Shown here: piece after piece, positions 27,917-37,995 of the stretch
Position numbering within the stretch: position 1 is the first letter of the stretch
Layout of the letters: the number at the start of each line of letters is the position of its first letter
Source of the DNA: Gemmatales bacterium
GTDB taxonomy: Bacteria; Planctomycetota; Planctomycetia; Gemmatales; Gemmataceae
Assembly: GCA_026004675.1 (NCBI GenBank)
Contig: BPJP01000002.1
Location: forward strand, 653,335 to 717,334
Reading direction: 5' to 3'
DNA: 64,000 bases
The notes under the pieces: model-generated
The model's input: only the letters and a program-made list of their open reading frames with translations
Databases searched by the model: none
What the model was told of the DNA's origin: nothing
Made by a program: the position numbers and the translations under genes

Positions 27917-29863
27917 TCACGTCCCATCGGTTTGAAGGTGTTGAATGAGCTGGTCCGTGTCAGGATCGGCAATCGTCTCATAGCGAGCTTGAAGTGCCTC
28001 GGCGAGTCGTCTTGCTTTGCCGATCCGCACAAAGCTGCAATCAGTGTCCAGGACCAAGGTCGGAATCTTCAATCTCGCAATCTCCCTGGCACATTCAAAT
28101 GCTTGCTGCCAGGGGTCGCCATCGCTACCTGGCAGGGGAACGTTCGCTTTGCCATCCGTTAGAAGGATGAACTGGCATGAAACACGCTGCCGTCGTTCGG
28201 AGCCGATGATTTCGCGAGCGAGGAACAAGCCATGCGCTAATGGCGTCCGACCACCGGTCGGCAAAGCATGGAGTGCCTGTTCCGCTTCGATAAAGGAATC
28301 TGTGGGAGGAAGCAAAATCTTTGCCTCCGCGCCACGAAATGCGATCACGCTCACACGAGCATGCCGTTGTGTCGAATCGCGAAGCAATTGCAACACGGCC
28401 CCCTTTACGGCTTCCATTCGCCGTCTCGCACCCATTGAACCGGATGAATCAACCGCAAACAGTGTGAGCGAGCGGTTTTTCGCTCGGCGGACTTTGCCGT
28501 GCAAATCCCGCTGTTCGACGGCAAATGTCGAATCCGTGGCAGTGGCCGTCCGTGCGGCAGCGGCACGCAATGTGGCATCCATTGCCAATTCTGTCGGCTT
28601 TCGATCGGGAATCGAGCGCACATGCCGGCCGTGTTCCGATTGTTTTCCAGAAAGCTTGCCGACGCGTCGGTTTTGGTCAGATTCGCACGAGGAACTGTCG
28701 GGCAACTGTATCGGCTGTCCAGGATCTCTGGCCGCGAAAACCTGCTCGCCAACACCGACACTTCGCCCGAGCGGTTTCGACTCATCAGCCGGGTCGTTGC
28801 TCACTCCGCTGTCATTCTTGGAAATCGGCGGGGAGTTCGAATGTCGGGGCAAGGAACCGGACGACGATGGCTGCCGATGTTTTCGGCGATGAGGCAAAAC
28901 GAATTCGGCTGCCTGACGCACGTCTTCGATATCGGCGCTTTTACGACCGGCTAATGCTGCCAATGTTTGTGCCGTCTTGTGCATTACGATGTCGGCACGC
29001 AGTCCATCGACGCCGGCATCCACACAGATTCGGGCCACCAGCCGAAGCAATTCGTCGCTGACAACGACCTCTGGCAATCGCACCCTCGCTTCGCGGACCT
29101 TTGTGCGAAGTTTGTCCTGCTCGCCTTGCCAGAAGTGAACGAACCCGACAGGGTCCGTTTCGAAAGCGATCCGCCTGCGAACGATTTCCGCCCGTAATAC
29201 AGCGTCTCGCGGCGACGCCGATTCCACTACCAGGCCGAAACGATCGAGCAGCTGGGGGCGTACTTCTCCCTCTTCTGGATTCATCGTCCCAATCAAAATA
29301 AACCGGGACGGATGGGAGAAGGTTATCCCTTCCCTTTCGACAATGTTGACGCCCGTCGCCGCGGCGTCCAGAAGCAAGTCCACCAAATGATCGGCGAGAA
29401 GATTGACTTCGTCGATATACAAAATGCCGCGATGAGCCGACGCCAACAAACCAGGTTGCAATCCCTTGCGTCCTTCTCGCAATGCTTGCTCAAAATCGAG
29501 TGCTCCGATGACCCGCTCTTCGGTGGCTCCTAATGGCAGAGTGACGAATGGAGCAGGAATCTCAACCACTGCCTTTTCGCCTTGGCCAGTGCAATGGAAG
29601 CATTCAGCCCATCGATCCGCTGGATCGCAATGGAAGGGACAGCCAGCGACGGTTGCGATCGTTGGCAACAATTCCGCGAGCGCTCGAGCGGCGGTGCTCT
29701 TCGCCGTACCTTTTTCTCCCCGAATCAACACGCCGCCAATAGACGGATTCACCGCAACGGCGAGCAAAGCCGTGCAAAGCGGTTCTTGGCCGACCAAGGC
29801 AGCAAATGGGAATTGACAACGCTTGAACATCGGGTAGCTGCTTCTTAACCCCAATGACACCAC
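27917..29863 (-). CDS. Mg-chelatase subunit D-like protein (ChlI-type AAA+ module fused to a C-terminal von Willebrand A domain)
   Basis: Walker A GEKGTAKST, Walker B ILYIDEVNLL, ChlI-like sensor regions, then a Pro/acidic linker and a VWA with MIDAS DSSGSM. Confidence 0.75.
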   Translation of the reverse strand: MVSLGLRSSYPMFKRCQFPFAALVGQEPLCTALLAVAVNPSIGGVLIRGEKGTAKSTAARALAELLPTIATVAGCPFHCDPADRWAECFHCTGQGEKAVVEIPAPFVTLPLGATEERVIGALDFEQALREGRKGLQPGLLASAHRGILYIDEVNLLADHLVDLLLDAAATGVNIVEREGITFSHPSRFILIGTMNPEEGEVRPQLLDRFGLVVESASPRDAVLRAEIVRRRIAFETDPVGFVHFWQGEQDKLRTKVREARVRLPEVVVSDELLRLVARICVDAGVDGLRADIVMHKTAQTLAALAGRKSADIEDVRQAAEFVLPHRRKHRQPSSSGSLPRHSNSPPISKNDSGVSNDPADESKPLGRSVGVGEQVFAARDPGQPIQLPDSSSCESDQNRRVGKLSGKQSEHGRHVRSIPDRKPTELAMDATLRAAAARTATATDSTFAVEQRDLHGKVRRAKNRSLTLFAVDSSGSMGARRRMEAVKGAVLQLLRDSTQRHARVSVIAFRGAEAKILLPPTDSFIEAEQALHALPTGGRTPLAHGLFLAREIIGSERRQRVSCQFILLTDGKANVPLPGSDGDPWQQAFECAREIARLKIPTLVLDTDCSFVRIGKARRLAEALQARYETIADPDTDQLIQHLQTDGT

Positions 29864-30183
29864 GAAATTACTTTATGAATCGCCCAAGCCAAGGCACCCA
29901 AGGCGAGTCAAGGTTCGCCGTCCTGCAATGTTCATCTTCGGCGCTTGCAGAAGAACTGCAAGAAAGATCCGTTTACCTGGCTGGTTGCGAGTCCGAAGCC
30001 CATAGCTTTTTCAGCATGCTTACGATAATTGCCTGGTTTACGGTGTTTTCCTGCCGGCAAGTCTGCTTGACACGAACCCTGTTCCACTTATTATTGGCGA
30101 ACCTTTTCTGGTCGTCGCGGCGATGACCACCGACAACAGCCACGATCGCGATAACAGGTAAGCGCTGTTTCAGGAAAATCTTT

Positions 30184-31089
30184 ATGCTTTCCCCGAAGTT
30201 TTCCATTGCCGCCATTTTAACATCGTTGCTTCCGGTCTTGTCTTTTGGTCAGGAAGCCGTCCGCTGGCGATACAGCTACGAACAGGCACGTCGCGAAGCC
30301 AAACAAATGAATCGTCCTCTCTTGATCGACTTTGGGACGAAGAACTGTTTCTGGTGTGACAAACTTGACCAAACGACATTTCGCGATCCTCAGATCGTAC
30401 AGCTTCTAAATGCTCATTTCGTACCCTTGAAGGTCAAAGCCAGTCAGTATCCGAAATTGGTTCAAGCTCTTGCAATCGAGGTTTTCCCCACGTTGGTGCT
30501 GGCCGATGCGAACGGCAGGATTCTGGGCAAACAGGCTGGTTACATCGATGCGCCGGTGTTGCAGAAACATTTGCAGGGCACGCTGGCGAAACTCCGCTCC
30601 GACGATCGCCAAGAGAGTCCCATTCGACAGGCATCGTTGGAACGGGCGGCCCCGCCGTCGGCAAGCGACCAGCGGACGCTGGCGCGTCGGAAACGAGCGC
30701 AAGAATTATTCGATCAGGCTCAGGCTGATTTCGAACGCCGCGATTACCCTTGTTGTCTGGTGCGGTGTCAAACGCTGTTGGCATATTACGCGGACATGCC
30801 GCAGGCGGGGTCTGCGAAGTTGTTGAGTGAAAGAATCAAGAATGATCCTCGATTGGTGAATCATATCACGGAACGAATGCTGGATTGTCTGGGGGAGCTG
30901 TATTTGCAGGCGGCGGAAGACTCTTTAAAGAAAAGCGACCGTCGACGGGCAGTGATGTATTTGGAGCGAGTCGTCCAGACATGCCCTGGCACGCGGCACG
31001 AGATTTCAGCAAAGAATCGTCTTGTTGAAATCCGTGCCGCCACCGAAGGCCGAAACAATCCTCTCAAAAGCCGCTCTCAGTCGCACTAG
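30184..31089 (+). CDS. secreted thioredoxin-fold protein (CxxC) with helical C-terminal domain
   Basis: Signal peptide. Thioredoxin-like LLIDFGTKNCFWCDKL…FPTLVLAD motif. The C-terminal 140 aa are helical, repeat-like. Confidence 0.65.
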   Translation: MLSPKFSIAAILTSLLPVLSFGQEAVRWRYSYEQARREAKQMNRPLLIDFGTKNCFWCDKLDQTTFRDPQIVQLLNAHFVPLKVKASQYPKLVQALAIEVFPTLVLADANGRILGKQAGYIDAPVLQKHLQGTLAKLRSDDRQESPIRQASLERAAPPSASDQRTLARRKRAQELFDQAQADFERRDYPCCLVRCQTLLAYYADMPQAGSAKLLSERIKNDPRLVNHITERMLDCLGELYLQAAEDSLKKSDRRRAVMYLERVVQTCPGTRHEISAKNRLVEIRAATEGRNNPLKSRSQSH

Positions 31090-31103
31090 CAGGGCGACTG
31101 ACA

Positions 31104-32939
31104 TCAGGAACGCGCAGGGGGTGGAACCGGCTCTGCACTCGCTTTGTCTTTTTCTTCCTGGCTGGTTGACGATTTGGCGTTTTCCTCTTTGCTGCCGTTG
31201 GCCGAATCTTTATCAGCCTGGCCATCGGGTTTGAGTTTGGCGATATACTCGGGCAATTCGACGCCGCCGATGTCTTTCATGATTTGCATCATCGGTGGCA
31301 TACTGCGGGCCAGGCTTTGCAGGAAATGAGTCGTATTGCTGGTGCCGTTGCCGTTGTTGCCGTTTTCCCAAACGATGACTTTGTCGAATTTGATATTGGA
31401 GATCGCCTGCGCAGCGGTTTGGGCCAGGGTATCGAGATGTTCGAGCATCATCAGTTGGAAAGCCTGCGTGGCGCCGCCGCACGCTTCGATGATGCGTTTG
31501 AAACCGTCTCCTTTTCTGGCCAGGATTTCGTACTGGCCTTTGGCCTCGGCTTCCAGTTTTGCAAAAATCGCGGCCGCTTCACCTTCGGCTTCCAGCCGAC
31601 GTTTTTCGGCCTCAGCCTCGGCTTCAACGATGATTTTCGCCTTTTGCGCCTTGGCAGGCGCTTCGAGTTCAGCCCGGCGTTCCGCTTCGATGCGTTCGGC
31701 TTCAGCAAGGGCCGCTTTAGCCATGGCACGGTGCTGGGCTTCTTCGACGGCGGCTTCTGCCTCGCGTTTGCGCGTTTCACCCAACTGGTAGGCGTCCGCC
31801 TTTTTGACTTTCAAGGCAGCTTGAGCATTCGCTATTTCTGCTTCGGCCTCGGCCTCGCCGACAATGGCTTTCGCGTTAGCATCCGCCACGGCGATCCGCA
31901 TTTGCCTTTCCGCATCCTTGATTTCCATTTCCCGGCCAAAAGCAGCACGCTGTTCGCCAACCTTCTGCTCCCGGTCTAATTCGGCAATGCGAACCGCCTG
32001 TTCTCGCTGGGCTTCCTTGATCAAAGCATCGCGTTCAAAAGCTGCCCGTTGTTCGCCATATTTCTGTTCCTTCTCCAGTTCGGCCAAACGAACCGCCTGC
32101 TCCCGCAAGGCTTCACGTGTGCCGATCTCGCGAAGTTTATGGGCATTGGCCACCTGGATATCTTTTTCCCGTTCCGCCTCGGCAACGCCGATCTGCCCCA
32201 TCTTCTCCTGCTGAGCGACATCGACCGCAGCCTGTTGTACCGCCTGTGACGCTGCCTTACGTCCAATTGCCTCGATGTAACCTGATTCATCCGTTATGTC
32301 GGTGATATTGACATTGATCAGCTCCAAACCGATCTTGCGCAATTCCGGTTCGAGCGATGTCTGGATGTTGTGCAAGAATTTGTCCCGGTCTTGATTGATT
32401 TCCTCGATCCTCATGGAGGCGATCACCTGGCGAAGCTGCCCGAAAATGATGTCGCCTGTTTGCTGTTTGATCTCCTCGGTCGTCAATCCCAGAAGGCGGA
32501 TAGCCGCGTTCTGCATGATCTCGCGATCGGTACCGATGGCGACTGTAAAAACGCTCGGCACATTGACGCGAATGTTTTCGAGCGACAAGGCTCCCTTCAG
32601 GGGAATTTCGATCTGAATCGGTTCGAGGGACAGGTAATCGTAATCTTGAATCAAAGGCCAGACGAATGCAGCACCTCCATGTACGCAACGTGCCGAATCG
32701 CCGCCTCCGACCTTGCCGTAAATCACCAAAACGCGGTTGCTGGGACAGCGTTTGTAACGCTTCACCAACAGCATCATAAAGCTGAAGATGAACAAGGCGA
32801 TGACCGCAACGATCAATGCCAGCCAAAACTCGGTTGGCAGGGAACTGCTGGCGTTACCAGCGCTGGTCGTTGCCGCGAAGAATGCGGAAGATGACATTAC
32901 TGGCCCTTTCTCTTCAGAAGACAAAGCAATATCGGACAA
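31104..32939 (-). CDS. flotillin-like SPFH/band-7 protein (YqiK-type)
   Basis: N-terminal TM. SPFH domain (…VLVIYGKVGGG…FVWPLIQDYDYLSLEPIQIEIPL…). Long Ala/Glu-rich coiled coil with EA repeats. Confidence 0.85.
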   Translation of the reverse strand: MSDIALSSEEKGPVMSSSAFFAATTSAGNASSSLPTEFWLALIVAVIALFIFSFMMLLVKRYKRCPSNRVLVIYGKVGGGDSARCVHGGAAFVWPLIQDYDYLSLEPIQIEIPLKGALSLENIRVNVPSVFTVAIGTDREIMQNAAIRLLGLTTEEIKQQTGDIIFGQLRQVIASMRIEEINQDRDKFLHNIQTSLEPELRKIGLELINVNITDITDESGYIEAIGRKAASQAVQQAAVDVAQQEKMGQIGVAEAEREKDIQVANAHKLREIGTREALREQAVRLAELEKEQKYGEQRAAFERDALIKEAQREQAVRIAELDREQKVGEQRAAFGREMEIKDAERQMRIAVADANAKAIVGEAEAEAEIANAQAALKVKKADAYQLGETRKREAEAAVEEAQHRAMAKAALAEAERIEAERRAELEAPAKAQKAKIIVEAEAEAEKRRLEAEGEAAAIFAKLEAEAKGQYEILARKGDGFKRIIEACGGATQAFQLMMLEHLDTLAQTAAQAISNIKFDKVIVWENGNNGNGTSNTTHFLQSLARSMPPMMQIMKDIGGVELPEYIAKLKPDGQADKDSANGSKEENAKSSTSQEEKDKASAEPVPPPARS

Positions 32940-32977
32940 TATGCGTGGGCAATGGCGTAATGGAGAATCTCGAGCAT

Positions 32978-33592
32978 CTAGGCGACTCTTTCGGTTTCTA
33001 CAGCTGGTTCGACTTCGACCGTATCGGAACCGAGAATATTGACGACAACGATCTTGCTGCCTGTGTTGATCGTGTCGTGTGCCGTCATGGCCTGATAAAT
33101 GACCGTGCGATTTTGCAGATTCAGCGCGACTTTCCCCAGCCCGGCTTTCTGGCCAGGGATTTGCAGGTAAACCGTACCGGTTTTGCCGATAGCGCGTTCA
33201 ATCCGGGCCGTTCCTTCGGCTTTGAGTGAATGCAATGCGTTCATGACCCAAGCGAGGACGACAACGGTGCCCGCGGCCGATGTCAAGGCGATGACAAACG
33301 CGATACCAGGGGCGATCCTGCCCGACGAAAGAGCCGCCATGCCGCTCAACCCGAAAATGGTCATGCCGGCAACAAGGGTTCGGAAAGTCAGGATGCCGAC
33401 AAGCAAGGAGTTGCCATGGTGGTCGAAATCGTCGACGTGGCCGATGTCGGAGTGGCCATCGCTGAAGTCAGAGCCATCGATGTCGTGATCGCCACCGCCA
33501 AACAGGCTGAAAACGAACTGACAAAGAAGGATCGTCCCGCCTGCAACAGCACTTACAAGGTAAAAAGTTTCCATGTCTTGGCTCCCGAACAA
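32978..33592 (-). CDS. NfeD-like membrane protein (flotillin partner, YqiJ-like)
   Basis: Membrane helices plus a C-terminal OB-fold-like segment (GTVYLQIPGQKAGLGKVALNLQNRTVIYQA…IVVVNILGSDTVEV). Lies downstream of flotillin on the same strand. Confidence 0.7.
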   Translation of the reverse strand: MFGSQDMETFYLVSAVAGGTILLCQFVFSLFGGGDHDIDGSDFSDGHSDIGHVDDFDHHGNSLLVGILTFRTLVAGMTIFGLSGMAALSSGRIAPGIAFVIALTSAAGTVVVLAWVMNALHSLKAEGTARIERAIGKTGTVYLQIPGQKAGLGKVALNLQNRTVIYQAMTAHDTINTGSKIVVVNILGSDTVEVEPAVETERVA

Positions 33593-34040
33593 GAGCTATC
33601 CTCGTTACGATGTGCCTTCACTGATCTTGTCTCAGAAAGGATCGGCGGTCAACGAACCGTTGCTTGTTATCGCTACTTTTCAGGTTGTTCGGTTGGTGCC
33701 GATCCCACTTGTAATTCGCTTGCCTGAGATTGGAATTTAATCAGGCAGAAGGTTCACGCCGGGAATTCCTGGAATCGGTGTGTCAAGCCCAGTTTCCATC
33801 TGGTGAACGTTAGAAGTCGCACGTCGCGTAAAACCGGTTTCCGATTGGGAGGAATTTCACATTCGGTGACTGGAAATTTCGGCTTCCGAAGCGGGTGTGG
33901 CGCATACTGTCATCGGCGGAGCCAACTCTCGGTTCCATTTTGTCGAGGATTGTTCGCCGCCGATTCGAGCTCAACACGTACCGCCAAGAAGTGGACATGA
34001 GGCGTCTGGAATTCAAGACGCGTTGGAGAAGGAGACAGCG

Positions 34041-34250
34041 ATGAAGATTCGTCGTCTAGGACTAGCCCTGGTGATGGTGGCGACGCTGATGTCAACGGGC
34101 TGCTGCTGGTGTTGTTGGCGTTGTTGCCGCCGTTGCGGACCGATCTGTCGTCCGGTTTGCCGGCCAATTTGTGCACCGGTAGGAGACTGTTGTTTTTCCT
34201 CGCCCGCGACGGCAATGCCCCCTTTAGCTCCGATAGACAAGCAACCTTGA
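34041..34250 (+). CDS. small secreted/lipoprotein-like cysteine-rich peptide (69 aa)
   Basis: Strong RBS (GGAGAAGGAGA) 8 nt upstream of ATG 34041. Signal peptide MKIRRLGLALVMVATLMSTGC followed by CWCCWRCCRRCGPICRPVCRPICAPVGDCC, 16 Cys in about 45 residues. Confidence 0.55.
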   Translation: MKIRRLGLALVMVATLMSTGCCWCCWRCCRRCGPICRPVCRPICAPVGDCCFSSPATAMPPLAPIDKQP

Positions 34251-34315
34251 TGGGCGATCGGACTTGCGAGAGCGGCGCTTCGTCTTGATAAGCAAGCGCT
34301 GCTCTTTTCGCATGC

Positions 34316-35434
34316 TCAGTCGCCTAAATTCGTTCCAACTTGCCGGGCGGACAGGAGCAACGGATGGTCGAGAGGAACTGTTTTTAGTTTGCCTGCTACC
34401 TGTTCGATGGGAACGGAGGTGACTTCCGCCCCTTTGACACAGACCATGCGATTGTACTTGCCCTCGGCGAGGAGTTCGACGGCATGCGTGCCAAGTCGAG
34501 TTGCCAGGATACGGTCGAAGGGAGTAGGCACCCCGCCGCGTTGCAAATGCCCAAGCACAGTGACGCGCGTTTCGATGCCAAGGTTTTCACTGATCTCTTG
34601 CGCGACGCGGCTGCCGATGGAGGTTTCGGGGAGTCGCGTCAGGGACTTATCTTTTTTCTTGCTTTTCTTGTCGTCTTTGCCCGCCGTTGCCGCCGCTCCA
34701 GGTCGAGGCGGCTCTTTGGGCATTGCCCCTTCGGCCACCGCGACAATGCTAAACCACTTGCCGCGTCGGCGTCGTTCTTTCAGGTTATTGCAAACGCTTT
34801 GGATGTCGTAAGGGATCTCCGGGATGAGGATGACGTCAGCGCCGCCAGCGACGCCGGCAGCCAAGGCCAACCACCCCGTCTTGTGTCCCATCAATTCGAT
34901 CACCATAACGCGGAGGTGAGCTTCCGCTGTCGAATGAAGCCGGTCGATTGCTTCCGTCGCGGTTGAGACTGCCGAATCATGTCCGAAGGTAATGTCCGTT
35001 TCCGCCAGATCGTTGTCGATCGTTTTCGGCAGGCCAAGGACGTTCAATCCTCGGGTCATCAAATTGTAGGCTACTTTGTGCGTTCCATTTCCGCCCAAGC
35101 AGACGAGGCAATCCAGTCCCAAACGATGATACGTTTCGACAGCTCGGTCCGTCAGATCGACCGTCTTGCCATGAGGAAGCGGAATCCGGTGCGGCTTTTC
35201 CCGGCTTGTGCCCAAAATCGTGCCACCTACTGCGAGGATACCTGAAACGTCCGGGAGGTGAAGCACACGCGAGTGGTTCTCGACCAGACCACGAAAACCT
35301 TTTTCAATGCCGATCACTTCGATGTGGTAATTGCTGATCGCCGGTTTAACAACGGCGCGAATCGCTGCATTCAGACCAGGGCAGTCGCCACCACTCGTTA
35401 AGATGCCCACAACACGTGAGCGACTTCGTTGCAT
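34316..35434 (-). CDS. pfk: 6-phosphofructokinase (PFK-A family)
   Basis: GILTSGGDCPGLNAAIRAVV and PFK fold throughout. The second motif reads GGNGT instead of GGDGS, so phosphoryl-donor specificity (ATP or PPi) is uncertain. Confidence 0.85.
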   Translation of the reverse strand: MQRSRSRVVGILTSGGDCPGLNAAIRAVVKPAISNYHIEVIGIEKGFRGLVENHSRVLHLPDVSGILAVGGTILGTSREKPHRIPLPHGKTVDLTDRAVETYHRLGLDCLVCLGGNGTHKVAYNLMTRGLNVLGLPKTIDNDLAETDITFGHDSAVSTATEAIDRLHSTAEAHLRVMVIELMGHKTGWLALAAGVAGGADVILIPEIPYDIQSVCNNLKERRRRGKWFSIVAVAEGAMPKEPPRPGAAATAGKDDKKSKKKDKSLTRLPETSIGSRVAQEISENLGIETRVTVLGHLQRGGVPTPFDRILATRLGTHAVELLAEGKYNRMVCVKGAEVTSVPIEQVAGKLKTVPLDHPLLLSARQVGTNLGD

Positions 35435-35642
35435 CTGTTTTGCCTCCGTGGCAATCAGCCGCTCCCAATGATTTCGCTGGCTAGAGGTATCGTATCAAGA
35501 TAGCTGCGCCACGTCCGCTACCGTTTTGATTCGTTGCGAATGCAGAAAGATCATGCTCGGTTCTTGGCATAAAAGCAGCAAGATAAATCACAAGCAATCG
35601 CCTTTCGTCAAAAGTATCGATCAAATCTTGCAGATTTTTTGC

Positions 35643-35690
35643 TTGACATGATTATAATCCGTCATATACCATCACAAACGAGGGTATAAT
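35643..35690 (+). promoter_or_regulatory. AT-rich candidate sigma70-like promoter upstream of the BMC regulator
   Basis: TTGACA at 35643-35648. TATAAT at 35653-35658 and again at 35685-35690. Sits in a 280 bp divergent intergenic region between pfk and the DeoR gene. Spacing is not canonical for either pairing. Confidence 0.3.
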
Positions 35691-35717
35691 TTAGGTGAAT
35701 GCGGCAGGAATCTATCG

Positions 35718-36510
35718 GTGCTTGTGGAAGAACGCCGGCAACGTGTGTTGGACCTGGTCAGCAAGCGTGGATTCGTCACGCTATCTGATCTGTCGAAAAC
35801 GCTGGAAGTTTCCGAATCGACGTTAAGGCGCGATTTGGACCACTGGCATCGTTGCGGCGTACTTCGGCGAACGCATGGCGGGGCGATTTACGTTGGTGAT
35901 TCGGCATTGCCGGCGCTCGAAGAGCGCTCTGACAGCCATCTTGAAGAAAAGCGTCAAATCGCCCGCGCCGCTGCGGACCGCATTCGCGATGGTGACGCCG
36001 TGTTGCTGGATGGGGGGACGACGACCTTGGAGGTGGCTCGTTGCCTGGTTGGCCGCAATCTGCAAATCGTGACGAACAGTTTGCCGATTGCCCAGCTCGT
36101 TGCCAGTCATCGGGAAGGCGACCTTGTTTTTCTCGGTGGTTATGTATTTCCACGGACGGGCGTGGCTTTGGGGCCGATGACCGTACAGGCGCTGGAAGAC
36201 ATCCATGTTCACCAGACGATACTCAGTGTCGGCGGGGGTGACAGAGAAGGGCTTGTTCAACAGTAATCTGCTCTTAGTGGAAACCGAACGTCGCATGCTT
36301 CGCTGTGCCGACGAGGTTGTGGTCGTTGCCGATCACAGCAAGATAGGCCGTCAGGCACTTGCTTTCTTGTGCGAACTCTCTGCTGTCGACACGTTTATCG
36401 TCGATTCTGGCATTACGGCAGAACAGCGGGAAATCCTCGAACGTGCGGGAATTCGATTAATCATCGCAGGGGAGCATACCGAGTCGTGGAGCGACACGCA
36501 TTCGGCATAG
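35718..36510 (+). pseudogene. DeoR-family transcriptional regulator interrupted by a frameshift (pseudogene or sequencing error)
   Basis: HTH …LSDLSKTLEVSESTLRRDLD… and sugar-binding domain in ORF 35718..36266. The C-terminal continuation (…KGLFNSNLLLVETERRMLRCADEVVVVADHSKIG…) is in another frame, 36205..36510. Junction at about 36235-36245. Confidence 0.65.
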
Positions 36511-36549
36511 ATATTGACAAGGCTGATCGACTAGCGAACGAAAGCAACG

Positions 36550-37245
36550 ATGAGTTTAGCAACGATTGATCGCGCAACCATTGAGCGGCTTGTTCGTCAA
36601 AGCCTCGAACAAAGGTTAGGCAACGGTCTGGCGGTTGCCGACAGCGGCACGGCCACGCGAGGGCAACGAACGGCTCCGAAACTGGTCGTCAACATTTCCG
36701 CCCGCCATTGCCACGTTACGCAAGAGGATTTGGAGCGTCTCTTTGGGGCGGGACACCAACTTACCGTGCATCATTGGCTGTATCAAGATGGCTTTTTCGC
36801 GGCCAATGAGACCGTCACCATCATCGGCCCCAGGCAACGGATGATTTCCAACCTCCGTATTCTTGGTCCGTGCCGCGACCACAGCCAGGTCGAACTTGCC
36901 TTTACGGATGCCATTTCTCTTGGACTGGATGTCCCTGTTCGCCGCAGTGGTGATCACCGCGATAGCCCCGGCTGTTGGCTGCTCGGCCCAGCCGGCATGA
37001 TCGAATTAAAGCGCGGCGTCATTCGTCATGAACGCCATGTTCATATGGGGCCGGCCGACGCCGACTATTACGGTGTCAAAGACGGTGACAGGATTCACCT
37101 CCGCGTCAAAAGCACCTGCTCCGCTGTACTCGAAGATCTGCTGGTTCGTGTGGCGCCGAATTCAAAACTGGAAGTTCATCTTGATACCGACGAAGGAAAC
37201 GCCGTCGATCTGCCCCACGCGACCAAAGTGGAGTTGTTTCGTTGA
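36550..37245 (+). CDS. pduL: PduL-type phosphate propanoyl/acyl-transferase
   Basis: Duplicated PduL motifs (VNISARHCHVTQEDL…, HVHMGPADADYYGVKDGDRIHL). N-terminal amphipathic segment MSLATIDRATIERLVRQSLEQRL. Confidence 0.85.
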   Translation: MSLATIDRATIERLVRQSLEQRLGNGLAVADSGTATRGQRTAPKLVVNISARHCHVTQEDLERLFGAGHQLTVHHWLYQDGFFAANETVTIIGPRQRMISNLRILGPCRDHSQVELAFTDAISLGLDVPVRRSGDHRDSPGCWLLGPAGMIELKRGVIRHERHVHMGPADADYYGVKDGDRIHLRVKSTCSAVLEDLLVRVAPNSKLEVHLDTDEGNAVDLPHATKVELFR

Positions 37246-37354
37246 AAAAGCAAATTGTCAGGAAACCTGGTTGACCGATCCCATGGCTCGAAGCAGCGAA
37301 GTCTTCGGGCAATGAGATGACAGCGATGAACCCTAACAAATCGGGAGGTCTTTT

Positions 37355-37666
37355 ATGGCTGGTAACCACATGGAAGCCCTGGGAATGGTTGAAACCAAAG
37401 GGCTGGTGGCGCTTGTCGAAGCGAGCGATGCAATGCTTAAGGCTGCCAATGTCAGTCTCGTCGGCTGGCAGAAGATCGGCAGCGGGCTGGTAACCGCAAT
37501 GGTTCTGGGCGACGTGGCGGCGGTGAAAGCTGCTGTGGACGCCGGCGCGTCGGCGGCGGCTCGCGTCGGGGAAGTTGTCGGAGTTCAAGTCATTCCGCGA
37601 CCCCACGAAGACCTGGGGACCGTCTTGCCGGTTGCCGGCAAGAAAGAGGCTGCTGCGGTCAGCTAA
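37355..37666 (+). CDS. BMC shell hexamer protein (BMC-H, PduA/EutM family)
   Basis: [32 protein letters not shown]…. Confidence 0.9.
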   Translation: MAGNHMEALGMVETKGLVALVEASDAMLKAANVSLVGWQKIGSGLVTAMVLGDVAAVKAAVDAGASAAARVGEVVGVQVIPRPHEDLGTVLPVAGKKEAAAVS

Positions 37667-37710
37667 CTTCTTTGTCAGTTCCACAATGAAACAAGTTGCG
37701 AGGATTTGTC

Positions 37711-37995
37711 ATGGGAAACAACAACCACGAAGCACTTGGACTGGTCGAAACCAAAGGATTGATTGCCACAGTGTGTGCTACGGATGCGATGTGTAAAGCC
37801 GCCAATGTTACGCTGGCCGGTCAGGTTCAAATCGGTGGCGCCTACGTCACGACATTTGTGCGTGGCGATGTCGGTTCGGTGAGGGCAGCGGTGGACGCGG
37901 GTGCTCAAGCGGCGACTGCTAACGGAGAACTCGTCAGTGCGCATGTAATTCCACGGCCAGAAGAAGCAGTGCTGGATACTTTCCTGGGACGCTAA
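37711..37995 (+). CDS. BMC shell hexamer protein (BMC-H), second paralog
   Basis: [32 protein letters not shown]… ATG at 37711; the upstream in-frame TTG in the track is probably not the start. Confidence 0.9.
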   Translation: MGNNNHEALGLVETKGLIATVCATDAMCKAANVTLAGQVQIGGAYVTTFVRGDVGSVRAAVDAGAQAATANGELVSAHVIPRPEEAVLDTFLGR

